A stretch of 64,000 nucleotides of DNA from Ructibacterium sp. GTDB taxonomy: Bacteria; Bacillota; Clostridia; Monoglobales; Monoglobaceae. Both the position numbers and the translations under genes were made by a program. This document shows, in pieces, positions 1 to 10,902 of this stretch. The notes under the pieces were generated by a model that saw only the letters and a list, made by a program, of their open reading frames with translations, did not search any database and had not been told where the DNA came from. The stretch's first letter is position 1. Every line of letters begins with the position of its first letter. The stretch is from contig JAZRPL010000133.1 of NCBI GenBank assembly GCA_045649245.1, forward strand, positions 17,323 through 81,322, given 5' to 3'.

Positions 1-178
1 TATGCTCATAGTAACTGGTTGTAGGCACATGAATATCAAAATGGTTTAGCAACTTCTGGCTGACACGGGTATCCTCTGCGGCAATCAAATCCACAGAACG
101 TAATACCTCTAAGGTTCGCAGGGTCATATCTCCTAAGTTCCCGATGGGGGTGGGGCAAAGATACAGTTTTCCGGTCAT
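1..178 (-). CDS. rsmI: 16S rRNA C1402 2'-O-methyltransferase, 5' part (runs off window)
   Basis: Manual translation [38 protein letters not shown] is the RsmI N-terminus; ATGA overlap with the upstream stop. Confidence 0.93.
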   Translation of the reverse strand, partial: MTGKLYLCPTPIGNLGDMTLRTLEVLRSVDLIAAEDTRVSQKLLNHFDIHVPTTSYYEH

Positions 179-933
179 GATATCGACTCCCTTCCGTATA
201 TACTGTTGATTTCTTCAGAATAAATTCCCGGACTTTGGTAAATATAAAGCGGAGGATCCAAAAAGAGTCGCGGGCGTCCTTGCCGTGCCCCTTCTACCAA
301 AATCATGGTCGCGGTTTTCTCAGGACTGGGATGAACAAAACGAAGCCGTTTTGGTTCAATGTGGTATTGCCGCATCAGGCAAAGGATGTCTGCCAGCCGT
401 TCCGGACGGTGGATAAAACATAGTTTTCCAAGGGGCTCTAATATTATAGAAGAAACTCGGACAATATCTTCTAAGGAGCAGAGAATTTCGTGCCGTGCCA
501 GGGTCACAGAATCTGTGGCAGAGAGAAGTCCGCTGCCGGCTTTTTTATAAGGCGGGTTACACGTTATATATTGGAAAGAACTCCTGCCAAATAAAGTTTC
601 TGCCTCCTTTAAATCTCCGCATTGCATCTGGATTTTGTTTTCCAAGTGATTTAGACGGACAGAGCGTGCGGCCATTTCTGCAACGGGTTTCTGTACTTCC
701 AGTCCTACAATTTGGCCGGCCTGACTTTTGGCACTGAGGAGGAGGGGAATAATACCGTTTCCGGAACAAAGATCCAAAACCCGTGCCTGTTTTTTGATGG
801 ATTTTGCAGCATAATCTGCAAGGAGTACGGCGTCTACACCAAAACAAAACCCATCCGGATTTTGGATCAGCCGTAGCCCTTGGCATTGTAAATCGTCCAT
901 CCTTTCTCCGGGATGTACCAAAGAATTTTGCAT
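175..933 (-). CDS. tRNA1(Val) A37 N6-methyltransferase (YabB/TrmN6-like)
   Basis: [22 protein letters not shown] and ARHEILC motifs; GGAGG before ATG 933; next to rsmI. Confidence 0.88.
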   Translation of the reverse strand: MQNSLVHPGERMDDLQCQGLRLIQNPDGFCFGVDAVLLADYAAKSIKKQARVLDLCSGNGIIPLLLSAKSQAGQIVGLEVQKPVAEMAARSVRLNHLENKIQMQCGDLKEAETLFGRSSFQYITCNPPYKKAGSGLLSATDSVTLARHEILCSLEDIVRVSSIILEPLGKLCFIHRPERLADILCLMRQYHIEPKRLRFVHPSPEKTATMILVEGARQGRPRLFLDPPLYIYQSPGIYSEEINSIYGRESIS

Positions 934-1090
934 GGGAGATTCCTCCAAATCTTATTTTTTTGTGGCTTTTATCGTAAAAAACCTGTGTGTTTGTGCAGTT
1001 TTAACAAAGACAAATTCCTTGCCGCCTTTTTTGCGGCCAAAACCGGAAAAAACTTTTGTTTTTCGGGGGATTCACGAAAATCAGGCGTTT

Positions 1091-1107
1091 TGTAATCGTT
1101 CTGTAAC
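1091..1107 (+). promoter_or_regulatory. WalR-type direct repeat TGTAAT-N5-TGTAAC
   Basis: Exact TGTWAH-N5-TGTWAH match upstream of a 3D-domain hydrolase. Confidence 0.55.
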
Positions 1108-1318
1108 AAACCAACTTTTTGAGATTAAAAAAGTCATTTTATAGTATAACAGATATTTTTGTATTGCACAATAACCAAAAATGCTGACATATTTTTCCAA
1201 TTCGGGTCGATTTGGAAGGATTCGGGCGAAATCAAGACCAAATCGGAGAAAAATTGCCAGAGATTTTGGGTCATTCCCGCTGATGCGAAATAACAAAAGA
1301 TAAACAAAAATTTAGGAT

Positions 1319-1347
1319 TTGACGAAAAAATGAGATGCGGTTATAAT
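1319..1347 (+). promoter_or_regulatory. sigma-A promoter TTGACG-17-TATAAT; TGACGAA (Spo0A-box-like) overlaps the -35
   Basis: Near-consensus hexamers, 17-bp spacer. Confidence 0.7.
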
Positions 1348-1443
1348 AACCATGAAGCATGATAAACCAAAATTTTCCAATTTGGAAAGATTGGTCGGCA
1401 AAAGAGAAGGGTTTTTGCCGAAAAATTATGACGAGGTGATTGA

Positions 1444-2493
1444 ATGCTAAAAAGACTGAGAGGGAGGATTGCAAACGTTTCCTCTTTGGCATGGAGAAAA
1501 GCGGCCATAGTGATTACGGCGGCGGCTCTTGTAATGGTTTGTGGCGGATTTACTTTTGCGGCACAGAACACCGTTACCATTGCTGATACAGGACGTGTTC
1601 CGGTACAGATTAAAACATCGGACACTAACGTTGGAAAAATCCTTTCCAAACAGGGGATTGTACTGAATCAGGGAGATGAGTTAAATTATGCGTTGTCTGA
1701 CCATGTAGAAGACGATGCGGTAATTAAAATTTATCGGTCCAGTACAGTCATTCTTACCTATATGGGAGAAACCAAGGCCTATACCACTGCCAAGACCACG
1801 GTAGGCGAGGTATTGCAGGAATTGGGGATTGTAGTAGACGAAAGCGACAGTATTATGCCGGCCATTGCCACTCCGGTAACCGAAGATTTGGCCATTTCGG
1901 TAATTCTTCGTGATCATCATACCGTAACGGTACAGGAAGAGATTGCGTATCAGACCCAAGAGATTGAGAATGCAGAACTGGCTGCCGGAGAGCGCCGGAT
2001 TTTGCAGCACGGTGTCAATGGTGTCATCGAGTACGAGTACGACATCTTGTATCAGGACGGAAAGGAAATCAATCGTGCGTTGGTACGGGAGACCAAACTT
2101 TCTGATCCGGTAGAAGAGATTGTAGAGTATGGCCCGGAAGAAGAGTGGTCTTTAGGTGCGATTCCGGCCAGCCGTCCCACCAGGTATACCCGGGTAGCAC
2201 GGTTTAAGGCTACAGCCTATGATGCGTCCCCCGCAGACAATGGAATTTGGGCGGGGAAAACCTCAACGGGAATGCCCCTGGTATATGGTGTGATTGCCGT
2301 TGACCCCAGAGTGATTCCTTATGGAACCAAGATGTATATTGAATCGGTAGACGGTCAGTATATTTATGGCTATGCCATCGCAGGGGATTGTGGCGGCGCC
2401 ATTAAAGGAAATAAGGTGGATTTGTTCTTCCCAAGCCGCAGAACTTGTACACAGTTCGGCAGAAGAGACGTGAATATTTATTTCCTTGACTAA
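1444..2493 (+). CDS. YabE-like cell wall protein (DUF348 repeats, G5, 3D domain)
   Basis: N-terminal TM; G5-like GVNG..EYEY..PVEEIVEYG; 3D motifs ATAY, IAVDPRVIPYGT, DCGGAIKGNKVDLF. Confidence 0.9.
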   Translation: MLKRLRGRIANVSSLAWRKAAIVITAAALVMVCGGFTFAAQNTVTIADTGRVPVQIKTSDTNVGKILSKQGIVLNQGDELNYALSDHVEDDAVIKIYRSSTVILTYMGETKAYTTAKTTVGEVLQELGIVVDESDSIMPAIATPVTEDLAISVILRDHHTVTVQEEIAYQTQEIENAELAAGERRILQHGVNGVIEYEYDILYQDGKEINRALVRETKLSDPVEEIVEYGPEEEWSLGAIPASRPTRYTRVARFKATAYDASPADNGIWAGKTSTGMPLVYGVIAVDPRVIPYGTKMYIESVDGQYIYGYAIAGDCGGAIKGNKVDLFFPSRRTCTQFGRRDVNIYFLD

Positions 2494-2502
2494 GAAGTAT
2501 AG

Positions 2503-2533
2503 AAAGCCCGCGAAGGAATCCTTCGCGGGCTTT
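2503..2533 (+). terminator. intrinsic terminator
   Basis: AAAGCCCGCGAAGG-aat-CCTTCGCGGGCTTT. Confidence 0.8.
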
Positions 2534-2554
2534 GTGCTGTCCATCATCAAAAAC

Positions 2555-2583
2555 TTGACGATTGGGCAAAAAAGTGGTATAAT
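2555..2583 (+). promoter_or_regulatory. sigma-A promoter TTGACG-17-TATAAT with extended TG
   Basis: Near-consensus hexamers and spacing. Confidence 0.75.
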
Positions 2584-2688
2584 ACAATGTCTTTATAAAT
2601 CTTTAAGATACCCCTAAACGGTGGGGATAAAAATGAGGAAAAACGGTGCAAAAGGCATTGGTTTTATAGAAAAGGCGGTGGAGGCAAG

Positions 2689-3567
2689 TTGTTTCTCGCT
2701 GATGGATGGAAAGATTATACGTTAATTGATTGCGACAGAGGACAAAAACTGGAGCGATGGGGAGAGCATTTGCTGGTTCGTCCTGATCCGCAGATTGTTT
2801 GGACGCTGTCTCAAGAGGAACGATCTCCTCTTTGGAAGAAGGCGGATGCAAAGTATCTCCGCAGTAACACCGGCGGTGGCCGATGGGAGACATATCGGAA
2901 ATTGCCGGAGTCTTGGACGGTTTCCTATGGGAAACTTCGGTTTGGGATCAAGCCTATGGGATTTAAGCATACCGGCCTTTTCCCGGAGCAGGCGGCCAAC
3001 TGGGACTGGTTTTCTGATATCATCAAAAAAAGCGGCCGCAAGGATGTTAATGTCTTAAACTTGTTTGCCTATACCGGCGGTGCGACGGTGGCAGCGGCAG
3101 CGGCAGGAGCGTCGGTTTGCCATGTGGATGCTGCCAAGGGAATGGTCAACTGGGCCAAGGAAAATGCAGCGCTGTCCGGACTGGAGAAGGCGCCTATTCG
3201 ATATATTGTGGATGATGTAAAAAAGTTTGTGGAGCGGGAAGTGCGTCGGGGCAGAAAGTATGACGGCATTATCATGGATCCCCCCTCCTATGGCAGGGGA
3301 CCCGGCGGTGAGTTGTGGAAACTGGAGCAGGAACTCTTTGATTTGATTCGCCTTTGCATGGAGGTGCTCTCTGAGAGGCCCTTGTTTTTCTTGGTAAACA
3401 CCTATACCACCGGACTTTCGGGCCGGATTATGGAGAATATTTTCATTCTGACATTGCAAAAGCGGTTTGGTGGAAAATTTTCCGTAGGTGAAATTGGGCT
3501 TCCGGTGCAAAACGGGGGACTGGTACTGCCTTGTGGGTATAGTTCCCGTTGGCAGGCAGAGGAATAG
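2689..3567 (+). CDS. class I SAM-dependent methyltransferase (RlmI/RlmK-like)
   Basis: [25 protein letters not shown]; TTG start after GGAGG. Confidence 0.85.
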   Translation: MFLADGWKDYTLIDCDRGQKLERWGEHLLVRPDPQIVWTLSQEERSPLWKKADAKYLRSNTGGGRWETYRKLPESWTVSYGKLRFGIKPMGFKHTGLFPEQAANWDWFSDIIKKSGRKDVNVLNLFAYTGGATVAAAAAGASVCHVDAAKGMVNWAKENAALSGLEKAPIRYIVDDVKKFVEREVRRGRKYDGIIMDPPSYGRGPGGELWKLEQELFDLIRLCMEVLSERPLFFLVNTYTTGLSGRIMENIFILTLQKRFGGKFSVGEIGLPVQNGGLVLPCGYSSRWQAEE

Positions 3568-3583
3568 AAAAGAAGGTGCAAGA

Positions 3584-4447
3584 TTGGAAGCGGTCATTCA
3601 AATAGAAAAACTGGGGTTTTCTTACCGAAATGAGGAAACCCAAGAGGAAGTTCCCGTATTGCGGGATGTTACAATGGCGGTAGAAAAGGGAGAGTTTCTG
3701 GCAGTATTGGGGCATAACGGCTCCGGGAAATCTACCCTGGCAAAACATCTCAATGCTATTTTGACGCCCTCAGAAGGACGGGTTTTGGTGGAGGGATTGG
3801 ATACTGCCGACGAAAAAAACCTCTATGAGATTCGCCAACGGGTGGGGATGGTTTTCCAAAACCCTGATAACCAAATGGTGGCCAATATCGTGGAGGAGGA
3901 TGTGGCGTTTGCCCCCGAAAATCTAGGCGTCCCCCCTGCAGAGATTCGCAAGAGGGTGGATGAGGCGTTGGCGGCAGTCAAAATGACCCAGTTTCGCGGT
4001 CATGCGCCCCATATGTTATCCGGCGGGCAGAAACAGCGAATTGCCATTGCCGGTGTTTTGGCTATGCAGCCGGATATTTTGGTATTGGACGAGCCTACTG
4101 CCATGTTAGATCCGGCAGGAAGGAAAGAAATTTTGTCCACCATTCGGGAACTCAACCAAACCCGGGGAATGACGGTGGTGCTGATTACTCATTATATGGA
4201 TGAGGCGGTACAGGCGGATCGGGTTCTTGTGATGGACCGAGGTAGGATTCGGATGCAGGGAACACCGAAGGAGATTTTCCCGCAGGTACAGCAACTTAAG
4301 GGGTTGGGGTTAGATACCCCCCAGGCCACCGAACTGATTTATTTACTCAATCAACGCGGTGCGGGACTATCGGCAGACATTTTAGACCCCGAAGCCTGCA
4401 TTGCGGCTATCCTTGCTAAATTGGAGCAACAAAAGACAGACAGGTGA
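3584..4447 (+). CDS. ecfA1: ECF transporter ATPase A1
   Basis: [25 protein letters not shown]; in-frame TTG after GAAGGTG. Confidence 0.92.
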   Translation: MEAVIQIEKLGFSYRNEETQEEVPVLRDVTMAVEKGEFLAVLGHNGSGKSTLAKHLNAILTPSEGRVLVEGLDTADEKNLYEIRQRVGMVFQNPDNQMVANIVEEDVAFAPENLGVPPAEIRKRVDEALAAVKMTQFRGHAPHMLSGGQKQRIAIAGVLAMQPDILVLDEPTAMLDPAGRKEILSTIRELNQTRGMTVVLITHYMDEAVQADRVLVMDRGRIRMQGTPKEIFPQVQQLKGLGLDTPQATELIYLLNQRGAGLSADILDPEACIAAILAKLEQQKTDR

Positions 4448-5316
4448 AAATCATGATCAATCTAAGTGATGTAAGTTATGTTTATATGCCGGGCGGGCCT
4501 TTTGAAAAAGTTGCCCTAGACCGTATTTCTCTTACCATCCATGACGGAGAGTTTATCGGTCTAATTGGGCATACAGGCTCGGGAAAATCTACGTTAATCC
4601 AAATGCTCAATGGGTTGCTCAAGCCCACATCGGGAACCATTACGGTGGACGGACAAGAACTGGGCGCCAAGGATACCGATTTGCGAAAACTGCGTTTTGA
4701 CGTAGGACTGGTCATGCAGTATCCCGAGTACCAACTTTTTGAAGAAACGGTTGCCAAAGATATTGCCTTTGGTCCTGCGAATATGGGGCTTTCGGAGGAT
4801 GAAATTGAGAAGAGAGTAGAGAGAGCCGCGGCTATGGTAGGTCTTTCTCCGGAAATGCTGGAGGCTTCTCCTTTTGATCTGTCCGGCGGGCAGAAACGAC
4901 GGGTGGCTATTGCCGGTGTTTTGGCCATGGAACCAAAGATTTTGATTTTGGACGAACCCACGGCCGGTCTGGATCCGGCAGGGCGGGATGAGATTCTCTA
5001 TAATATCAAGGAAATGCATGAAAAGATGAAGATGACCGTCATTTTGGTCTCCCATAGCATGGAGGATATTGCCAAACTGGCGGACCGGATTCTGGTCATG
5101 AACCAAGGCAGCGTAGAGATGTTTGATAAGACGGAAGAGATTTTCCGGCACGGCCAACGTCTCACCCAAATTGGATTGAGCATTCCCCAGATTACTCGGA
5201 TTATGGACGGGCTTCACAAGCAGGGTGTTCAGGTAGAAGAGGGCATCTATACCATGGAGGAAGCATATCGTCAACTCTCGCAATTGATGGGGTTAAAGGA
5301 GCAACCGTTATGCTAA
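4444..5316 (+). CDS. ecfA2: ECF transporter ATPase A2
   Basis: [30 protein letters not shown]. Confidence 0.92.
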   Translation: MKIMINLSDVSYVYMPGGPFEKVALDRISLTIHDGEFIGLIGHTGSGKSTLIQMLNGLLKPTSGTITVDGQELGAKDTDLRKLRFDVGLVMQYPEYQLFEETVAKDIAFGPANMGLSEDEIEKRVERAAAMVGLSPEMLEASPFDLSGGQKRRVAIAGVLAMEPKILILDEPTAGLDPAGRDEILYNIKEMHEKMKMTVILVSHSMEDIAKLADRILVMNQGSVEMFDKTEEIFRHGQRLTQIGLSIPQITRIMDGLHKQGVQVEEGIYTMEEAYRQLSQLMGLKEQPLC

Positions 5317-6128
5317 AGAATATTACATTGGGGCAGTACTTCCCCGGAGAGAGTCCGGTGCACAGACTGGATCCGAGAACCAAAATTCTATTGGTTTTGG
5401 CCTATATTATCTTAACATTTTCCATCCAAAATTTTGCCGGATATGGATTTTTAACTGTTTTTACCTTAGGATGTATCTGGGTTTCTAAGGTTCCGCCGCA
5501 GTTTGTTTTAAAAGGGCTTAAACCCATTCTGGTTTTTATTATCATTACCGGTATCTTTAATTTGTTTTTAACCCAAGGGGAACCTGCGTTTTCCTGGTGG
5601 ATTTTTACCGTGACATGGCAGGGGATTTACTTTGCTGCCTTTATGGTGCTTCGCTTGATTTTTTTGATGGTGGGGACATCCCTGATGACATTAACTACCT
5701 CTCCCATTGCTCTAACGGATGGGATGGAGCATCTGTTGCGGCCTTTTCGCAAAATTGGACTTCCGGCCCACGAACTAGCCATGATGATGTCCATTGCCTT
5801 GCGGTTTATCCCTATTTTGATGGAGGAAACCGATAAGATTATCAAGGCGCAGTCGGCCAGAGGTGCGGACTTTGAAACCGGAAATCTATTCCGCCGAGCC
5901 AAAGCCCTGGTGCCGATCTTGATTCCGTTATTTATCAGCGCCTTTCGGCGGGCGGATGAGTTAGCAACAGCCATGGAATGCCGCTGTTATCGGGGTGGCG
6001 AGAATCGAACCCGACTGAAGGAACTTCGGTATGGCAAGGTGGATCTGGGTGGATTTCTGGTCTTTTTGGGTCTGGCCGGCGTGGTCATTGCCCTGAATCT
6101 TTTGTTTGGGGAATCGTTAGGAGGATAA
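5310..6128 (+). CDS. ecfT: ECF transporter T component
   Basis: HRLDPRTK, ALRFIP, AQSARG, AMECRCY. Confidence 0.92.
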   Translation: MLKNITLGQYFPGESPVHRLDPRTKILLVLAYIILTFSIQNFAGYGFLTVFTLGCIWVSKVPPQFVLKGLKPILVFIIITGIFNLFLTQGEPAFSWWIFTVTWQGIYFAAFMVLRLIFLMVGTSLMTLTTSPIALTDGMEHLLRPFRKIGLPAHELAMMMSIALRFIPILMEETDKIIKAQSARGADFETGNLFRRAKALVPILIPLFISAFRRADELATAMECRCYRGGENRTRLKELRYGKVDLGGFLVFLGLAGVVIALNLLFGESLGG

Positions 6129-6131
6129 TAC

Positions 6132-6911
6132 ATGAAAACGATTGCGATGGCCATTCGTTATGACGGCACTGGGTTTCACGGCTGGCAGCGGCAGAAGAAC
6201 GGAATTTCTGTGCAGCAGGCGGTGGAAACTGCCCTTCTTGCATTGACCGGCGAGCCGGTACAGGTAACCGGATGCAGCCGTACCGATGCAGGGGTTCATG
6301 CTTTGGACTATGTCTTTCATTTTCAAACAGAGACCAACATTCCGGCCAAACGGCTACCTTATGCCTTAAACTATCATTTGGATAAGCGGATTTCTGCCAT
6401 CGAGGCATGGGAGATGCCGGAGGATTTTCATGCGCGGTTTTCCGCCCAGGGCAAACGATATATTTATCGAATTTGGAATAGCGGAATCCGGAACCCCTTT
6501 TTGGCAAGATACAGTTGGCAGGTTCCTTATCGTTTAGATGTCGATGCTATGGTGAAGGCCGCGCCAATGCTGGAGGGAACTCATGATTTTGCCGGATTTA
6601 TGGCGGCTGGCGGCAATCAGAAAACCACCGTGCGAACCGTACGTCTTTGCAAGGTGGAGCGGGATATGGAACAACCGGAATTGATTACCGTAGCCGTAGA
6701 GGCAGATGCTTTTCTTTACAATATGGTTCGGATTATTACAGGAACTTTGGTAGAAGTGGGGCTGGGGAGGATTCCCGCCAGTACCATTCCCGAGATTATC
6801 GAGAGCCGGGATCGGCGCAGATGCGGATTAACGGCGCCGCCCCAAGGCTTGTTTTTAAAAAAGGTGTATTATGATTTTCGGGAAAGAAACCTAGACGGAG
6901 TGGAAGGATAA
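6132..6911 (+). CDS. truA: tRNA pseudouridine(38-40) synthase
   Basis: YDGTGFHGWQ, SRTDAGVHA, FLYNMVR. Confidence 0.95.
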   Translation: MKTIAMAIRYDGTGFHGWQRQKNGISVQQAVETALLALTGEPVQVTGCSRTDAGVHALDYVFHFQTETNIPAKRLPYALNYHLDKRISAIEAWEMPEDFHARFSAQGKRYIYRIWNSGIRNPFLARYSWQVPYRLDVDAMVKAAPMLEGTHDFAGFMAAGGNQKTTVRTVRLCKVERDMEQPELITVAVEADAFLYNMVRIITGTLVEVGLGRIPASTIPEIIESRDRRRCGLTAPPQGLFLKKVYYDFRERNLDGVEG

Positions 6912-6913
6912 CC

Positions 6914-8089
6914 ATGAAGAAGAACCGAGAAACACGGAATCGAAAAGAGATACAGGCACAGATTGGTGCATGGATGAATACCGGAGTTACCCTTTCGGTG
7001 TTTCAAAAGAAAATATCGTTTCGGCCCATGAAGTTGGCAGTGGTTGCGGTAATAGCCATTACAGTATTCTCTCTGCTGGTTCAGGTGTTATTGATTCCGG
7101 CCCACCGAAATCGTTCTCTGGATTTGGGGTTTCAGGCCGGCAGCAATTATGCCATGCAGTCCTATCAGGGCGACGTTTTGCTATACCATAATCAGAGCAT
7201 GAAGGCAATTAACCGAAAAGGGGAAACCCTTTGGTCAGCAAAACTTTCTCTTTCCTCGCCGGTGGTAGAACACGGGGGCAAGTATATTATAACAGCCGAT
7301 TTGGACGGAAACCATGGAGCGGCCCTTTATAGGAACGGGGAAAAGATTCGGGATTTTTCCTTGGGAAAGGATATTATCTCTGCCAAGGTCAATGCCAAAG
7401 GCACGGCGGTGTTTGCCACGGCGGCAGATGGGTATAAAGGCCGTGTCACTGTCATAGATAAAAAGGGGAAGGAAATTTTCCAGTGGAATAGCGGGGATGG
7501 CTATATTATGGATCTGGATATCAGTGATAATGGCCACTACCTTGCAGTAGCACAGTTGTCCAGCGAAGGAGAACAGGCGGATTCAAGAATTCAGTTTATC
7601 GACCTGTATCAGAAGAAGGTAGTAGATACCAAGGAGCGGACCGGCTCCATCATTGGTGAGGTTCGATTTTCCGGAAATCGACTCCTGACGGTTTCGGATA
7701 CTGAACTTTGCGGATTCTCCGGCAGCGGGAAGTTTCTTTACAGCGTATCCTTTGCGGGAAAAAATCCGGGGAGATATGATATTTCCAGCGACCAAGTGCT
7801 GGCTTTTGTTACCAGCGACAATCGGGGAAATACGGTGCTTGAACTTTACGATACCCGAGGCAGACGAAAGGGAGCCTATATGGCAGATGGTCCCATTACC
7901 TCTTTGGCGGTGATGGAAGATACGGTGGTGATTGCAAGGCAACGGGAGGTTTTGCAAATCAGCCGTAGCGGAAAACTAAAAAAGCGGCGGGGTTGTGACC
8001 ATGATATTCATGGATTAGGCATCTTTGGAAATGGGAAGACCGTTCTTGCCGCCGGAAGTACCGAGGCAGATATCGTCTGGTTGCGATAA
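6914..8089 (+). CDS. membrane-anchored beta-propeller protein (DUF5711-like)
   Basis: One N-terminal TM then repeated beta blades; next to cvpA. Confidence 0.6.
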   Translation: MKKNRETRNRKEIQAQIGAWMNTGVTLSVFQKKISFRPMKLAVVAVIAITVFSLLVQVLLIPAHRNRSLDLGFQAGSNYAMQSYQGDVLLYHNQSMKAINRKGETLWSAKLSLSSPVVEHGGKYIITADLDGNHGAALYRNGEKIRDFSLGKDIISAKVNAKGTAVFATAADGYKGRVTVIDKKGKEIFQWNSGDGYIMDLDISDNGHYLAVAQLSSEGEQADSRIQFIDLYQKKVVDTKERTGSIIGEVRFSGNRLLTVSDTELCGFSGSGKFLYSVSFAGKNPGRYDISSDQVLAFVTSDNRGNTVLELYDTRGRRKGAYMADGPITSLAVMEDTVVIARQREVLQISRSGKLKKRRGCDHDIHGLGIFGNGKTVLAAGSTEADIVWLR

Positions 8090-8138
8090 GGAAGAAATTG
8101 CCCGAAACAGCGACCAATTTTTCAAAGGGGGGACCCCA

Positions 8139-8786
8139 ATGACGAATTTATTTGGATGGAGTGATTTTGTTCTTTTGGCGTGGATGGGCGTCTTTGCTTT
8201 TTGGGGATGGCGAAGCGGGCTGATGAAGATGGGGTTTCGACTTCTTTCCTTTGCGGCGGCCTTGGTTCTGGCGTGGATGTTGTATCCCATTGTTGCAGAA
8301 ATTCTGCGCAATACCCCGTTGTATCAAAGTTTGTTCACTGCGGTTTCCGGATCTATGCCGGAAACGGTACAGCAGTCTGCGGCAATGCCCCAAGTGCTGC
8401 AACAGGTAATAGAGCAAGGGAGTACGGCGGCTACCAATGTTGTGGCGGCGTATTTTGCCCGGTTGCTGCTAAACCTGATTGCGTTTGTTTTGGTATTGTT
8501 GGTATCAAGACTCTTGCTTTGGGGACTTAAGAAGATTTTAAATCTTGTTGTTTCCTTGCCGGTGATTGGATTCTTTAATCGTTTGGCAGGGCTGGCCTTG
8601 GGTGCACTGGAAGGATTCTTGGTGGCTTGCATTCTGTTGGCGGCAGTTTCTGTGATTCCGCCGTTGCGGGAGAATGAAGCAGTAACCCATGCCGTGGAAA
8701 ATTCCATAGCGGTGAAAATCTTGTATCAGCACAATCCGGTCTTGGAGCGGTTGTTGCCCAAATCGGAAGAGAACGGCGCGGTGTAA
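8139..8786 (+). CDS. CvpA family membrane protein
   Basis: GWRSGL and NRLAGLALGALEG; several TMs. Confidence 0.8.
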   Translation: MTNLFGWSDFVLLAWMGVFAFWGWRSGLMKMGFRLLSFAAALVLAWMLYPIVAEILRNTPLYQSLFTAVSGSMPETVQQSAAMPQVLQQVIEQGSTAATNVVAAYFARLLLNLIAFVLVLLVSRLLLWGLKKILNLVVSLPVIGFFNRLAGLALGALEGFLVACILLAAVSVIPPLRENEAVTHAVENSIAVKILYQHNPVLERLLPKSEENGAV

Positions 8787-8859
8787 CAGAAAGGCCGGCA
8801 TTTTGAAAGTGCAAAGCCGGCAGAAGACCCGGAGCATACGTTAAGGCGAATGTTTTGGC

Positions 8860-9834
8860 ATGAAGATAGTAAGTGTGACGGAGATGCGAAGAAAGGGCTT
8901 GGCGATGAAGAAAAGAAGAATGAGGAAGATGGCATCGTTGGTTTTGGCATTGGCGTTTTGGGGGAGTTCCCTACCGGCGGCAGCGGCCACCAACACCAAA
9001 CCGCCTGCTTGGTTGGTGCAATTAAATGGGGGTAAGACAGAACCCCAAGAAGAGGTAGTGCGTAAAAATGTAAAGGTGCCGATTTTGCTTTATCATCATA
9101 TTGCCGATGAGGCGTTTAGCGGCGGTAATGAGGTGTCCTTGATTTCTCCCTATGATTTTCGGCTTCATATGACGGCCATTAAGGCAAATTTTACGCCCAT
9201 TAGTTTGCGGCAGTATTACGAGTATGTCAACTGTACCGATGGCAGTGTGACCTTGCCGGAGGACCCCATTATTGTTACCTTTGACGATGGGTATTTGAGC
9301 AACTATGAGATTGCCTACCCTATTTTAAAGGAGTTGGAAATTCCGGCTACCATCTTTGTGGTAACCGATACCGTGGGCGAGCAAGCCGGCGGTGGCGTGG
9401 TCAACTATTCCCATTTTACATGGGAGCAGGCACGGGAAATGGAAAGCAGCGGCCTGATAGAGATTCAATCCCATACGGCCGGTCATGTGGAACTTGCGGC
9501 TTTAGACCATAACGAATTGGTCTTGCAGCTAAGAAGGTCCAAGTATGCCATCGAGAAGAATCTGGGTCGTACCTGTGATATGATTGCATTTCCTTATGGA
9601 TCTTATAACGATACGGTGGTGCGGGCTTCCTGTGCAGCAGGCTATAAACTGCAGGCAAGAGTAGATAATAAGACCTCCAAAGAGGATTTTGAGGTCAACC
9701 TCCCCTCGGAAGGGGTAGAGGGATTGACCCGTATGACAATATCCGGTACCATGGGCAATATTAACGTGATTGAAACGGTTCGACAAGCCCTGGCCAAAAA
9801 GGTAGTGCCGGTTCTGGATGGTTGGGAAGGATAG
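8860..9834 (+). CDS. secreted polysaccharide deacetylase (NodB/CE4); start may be 8905
   Basis: PILLYHH, TFDDGY, SHTAGH, FPYG; signal peptide. Confidence 0.88.
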   Translation: MKIVSVTEMRRKGLAMKKRRMRKMASLVLALAFWGSSLPAAAATNTKPPAWLVQLNGGKTEPQEEVVRKNVKVPILLYHHIADEAFSGGNEVSLISPYDFRLHMTAIKANFTPISLRQYYEYVNCTDGSVTLPEDPIIVTFDDGYLSNYEIAYPILKELEIPATIFVVTDTVGEQAGGGVVNYSHFTWEQAREMESSGLIEIQSHTAGHVELAALDHNELVLQLRRSKYAIEKNLGRTCDMIAFPYGSYNDTVVRASCAAGYKLQARVDNKTSKEDFEVNLPSEGVEGLTRMTISGTMGNINVIETVRQALAKKVVPVLDGWEG

Positions 9835-9859
9835 AAAAAGAGAAAGGGAAACGGAGACT

Positions 9860-10867
9860 ATGAGCAAATTAACAATTCCGAAGGATTATAACCCAAAACT
9901 TGGACTGTATGATACCCAGGCTGCCATTGAGGTAATCAAGCAAACGTTTGTATCCGGCCTGACACAGGCATTGCATTTGCGGCGGGTAACAGCACCGCTG
10001 TTTGTGGATGCAGATTCCGGGCTCAATGATGACTTAAGCGGGGTAGAAAGAGCCGTTGCCTTTGACATTCCGGATGCAGGCGTAGATGCACAAGTGGTAC
10101 ATTCTCTTGCCAAGTGGAAGAGAATGGCCCTTGGAAAATATGGATTTCCGGTTGGGGAAGGGCTCTATACTGATATGAATGCCATCCGTCGGGACGAAAC
10201 ACTGGATAATCTCCACTCGGTTTATGTGGATCAATGGGATTGGTGTCGGGTTATCGACAAGACGGAGAGAACGCAGGCGTTTTTAAAGGCGACGGTGCAG
10301 AGCATTGTAGATGTGGTTTGTGATACCCTAAAGGAGATTCAGCGGCAGTTCCCGCAGATAACCACGGAACTGTGCCGGGAAGTCAGTTTTGTCACAACCC
10401 AGGAACTGGAGGATCTGTATCCCGATTTAAGCCCTAAAGAGCGGGAGATAACCTATACCAAAGAACATAAAACCGTCTTTTTGATGGAGATCGGAGATGT
10501 TTTAGCCTCCGGCAAACCCCATGACGGGCGGGCACCGGATTATGATGACTGGAAACTCAATGGCGATATATTATTCTGGGATGATAAACTGGAAACAGCG
10601 CTGGAGGTTTCCTCTATGGGAATTCGGGTGGATGAAAAATCCCTGGCCGAGCAGTTAGAGAAGGCAGGCTGTAACGACCGGCGGGAGTTCCCCTTCCATA
10701 AGGCTCTGCTTGCGGGAGAACTGCCACTGACTATGGGCGGCGGCATCGGCCAGTCTCGGCTTTGTATGTTGCTCTTGGGAAAGGCCCATATTGGAGAGGT
10801 ACAGGTTTCGGTTTGGGATCAGGAAACGATAGAGGGCTGTATGAAAGCCGGAATACAATTACTATAG
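9860..10867 (+). CDS. asnA: aspartate-ammonia ligase
   Basis: [36 protein letters not shown]. Confidence 0.95.
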   Translation: MSKLTIPKDYNPKLGLYDTQAAIEVIKQTFVSGLTQALHLRRVTAPLFVDADSGLNDDLSGVERAVAFDIPDAGVDAQVVHSLAKWKRMALGKYGFPVGEGLYTDMNAIRRDETLDNLHSVYVDQWDWCRVIDKTERTQAFLKATVQSIVDVVCDTLKEIQRQFPQITTELCREVSFVTTQELEDLYPDLSPKEREITYTKEHKTVFLMEIGDVLASGKPHDGRAPDYDDWKLNGDILFWDDKLETALEVSSMGIRVDEKSLAEQLEKAGCNDRREFPFHKALLAGELPLTMGGGIGQSRLCMLLLGKAHIGEVQVSVWDQETIEGCMKAGIQLL

Positions 10868-10902
10868 AAAGTGAAAAATCAAATGATGAGGAGGTCGGTT
10901 CC

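Noticed and set aside
949-1443. c-di-AMP (ydaO) riboswitch before the wall hydrolase
   Set aside because: Conserved GCTGAATCC, GGAGGAACC and CAGCTAAC blocks not found
10762-10902. N-terminal extensions in the ORF track (fhs, mnmG, rplC, rplO, rplX, map, cvpA, abrB)
   Set aside because: Downstream starts have proper RBS and match family N-termini
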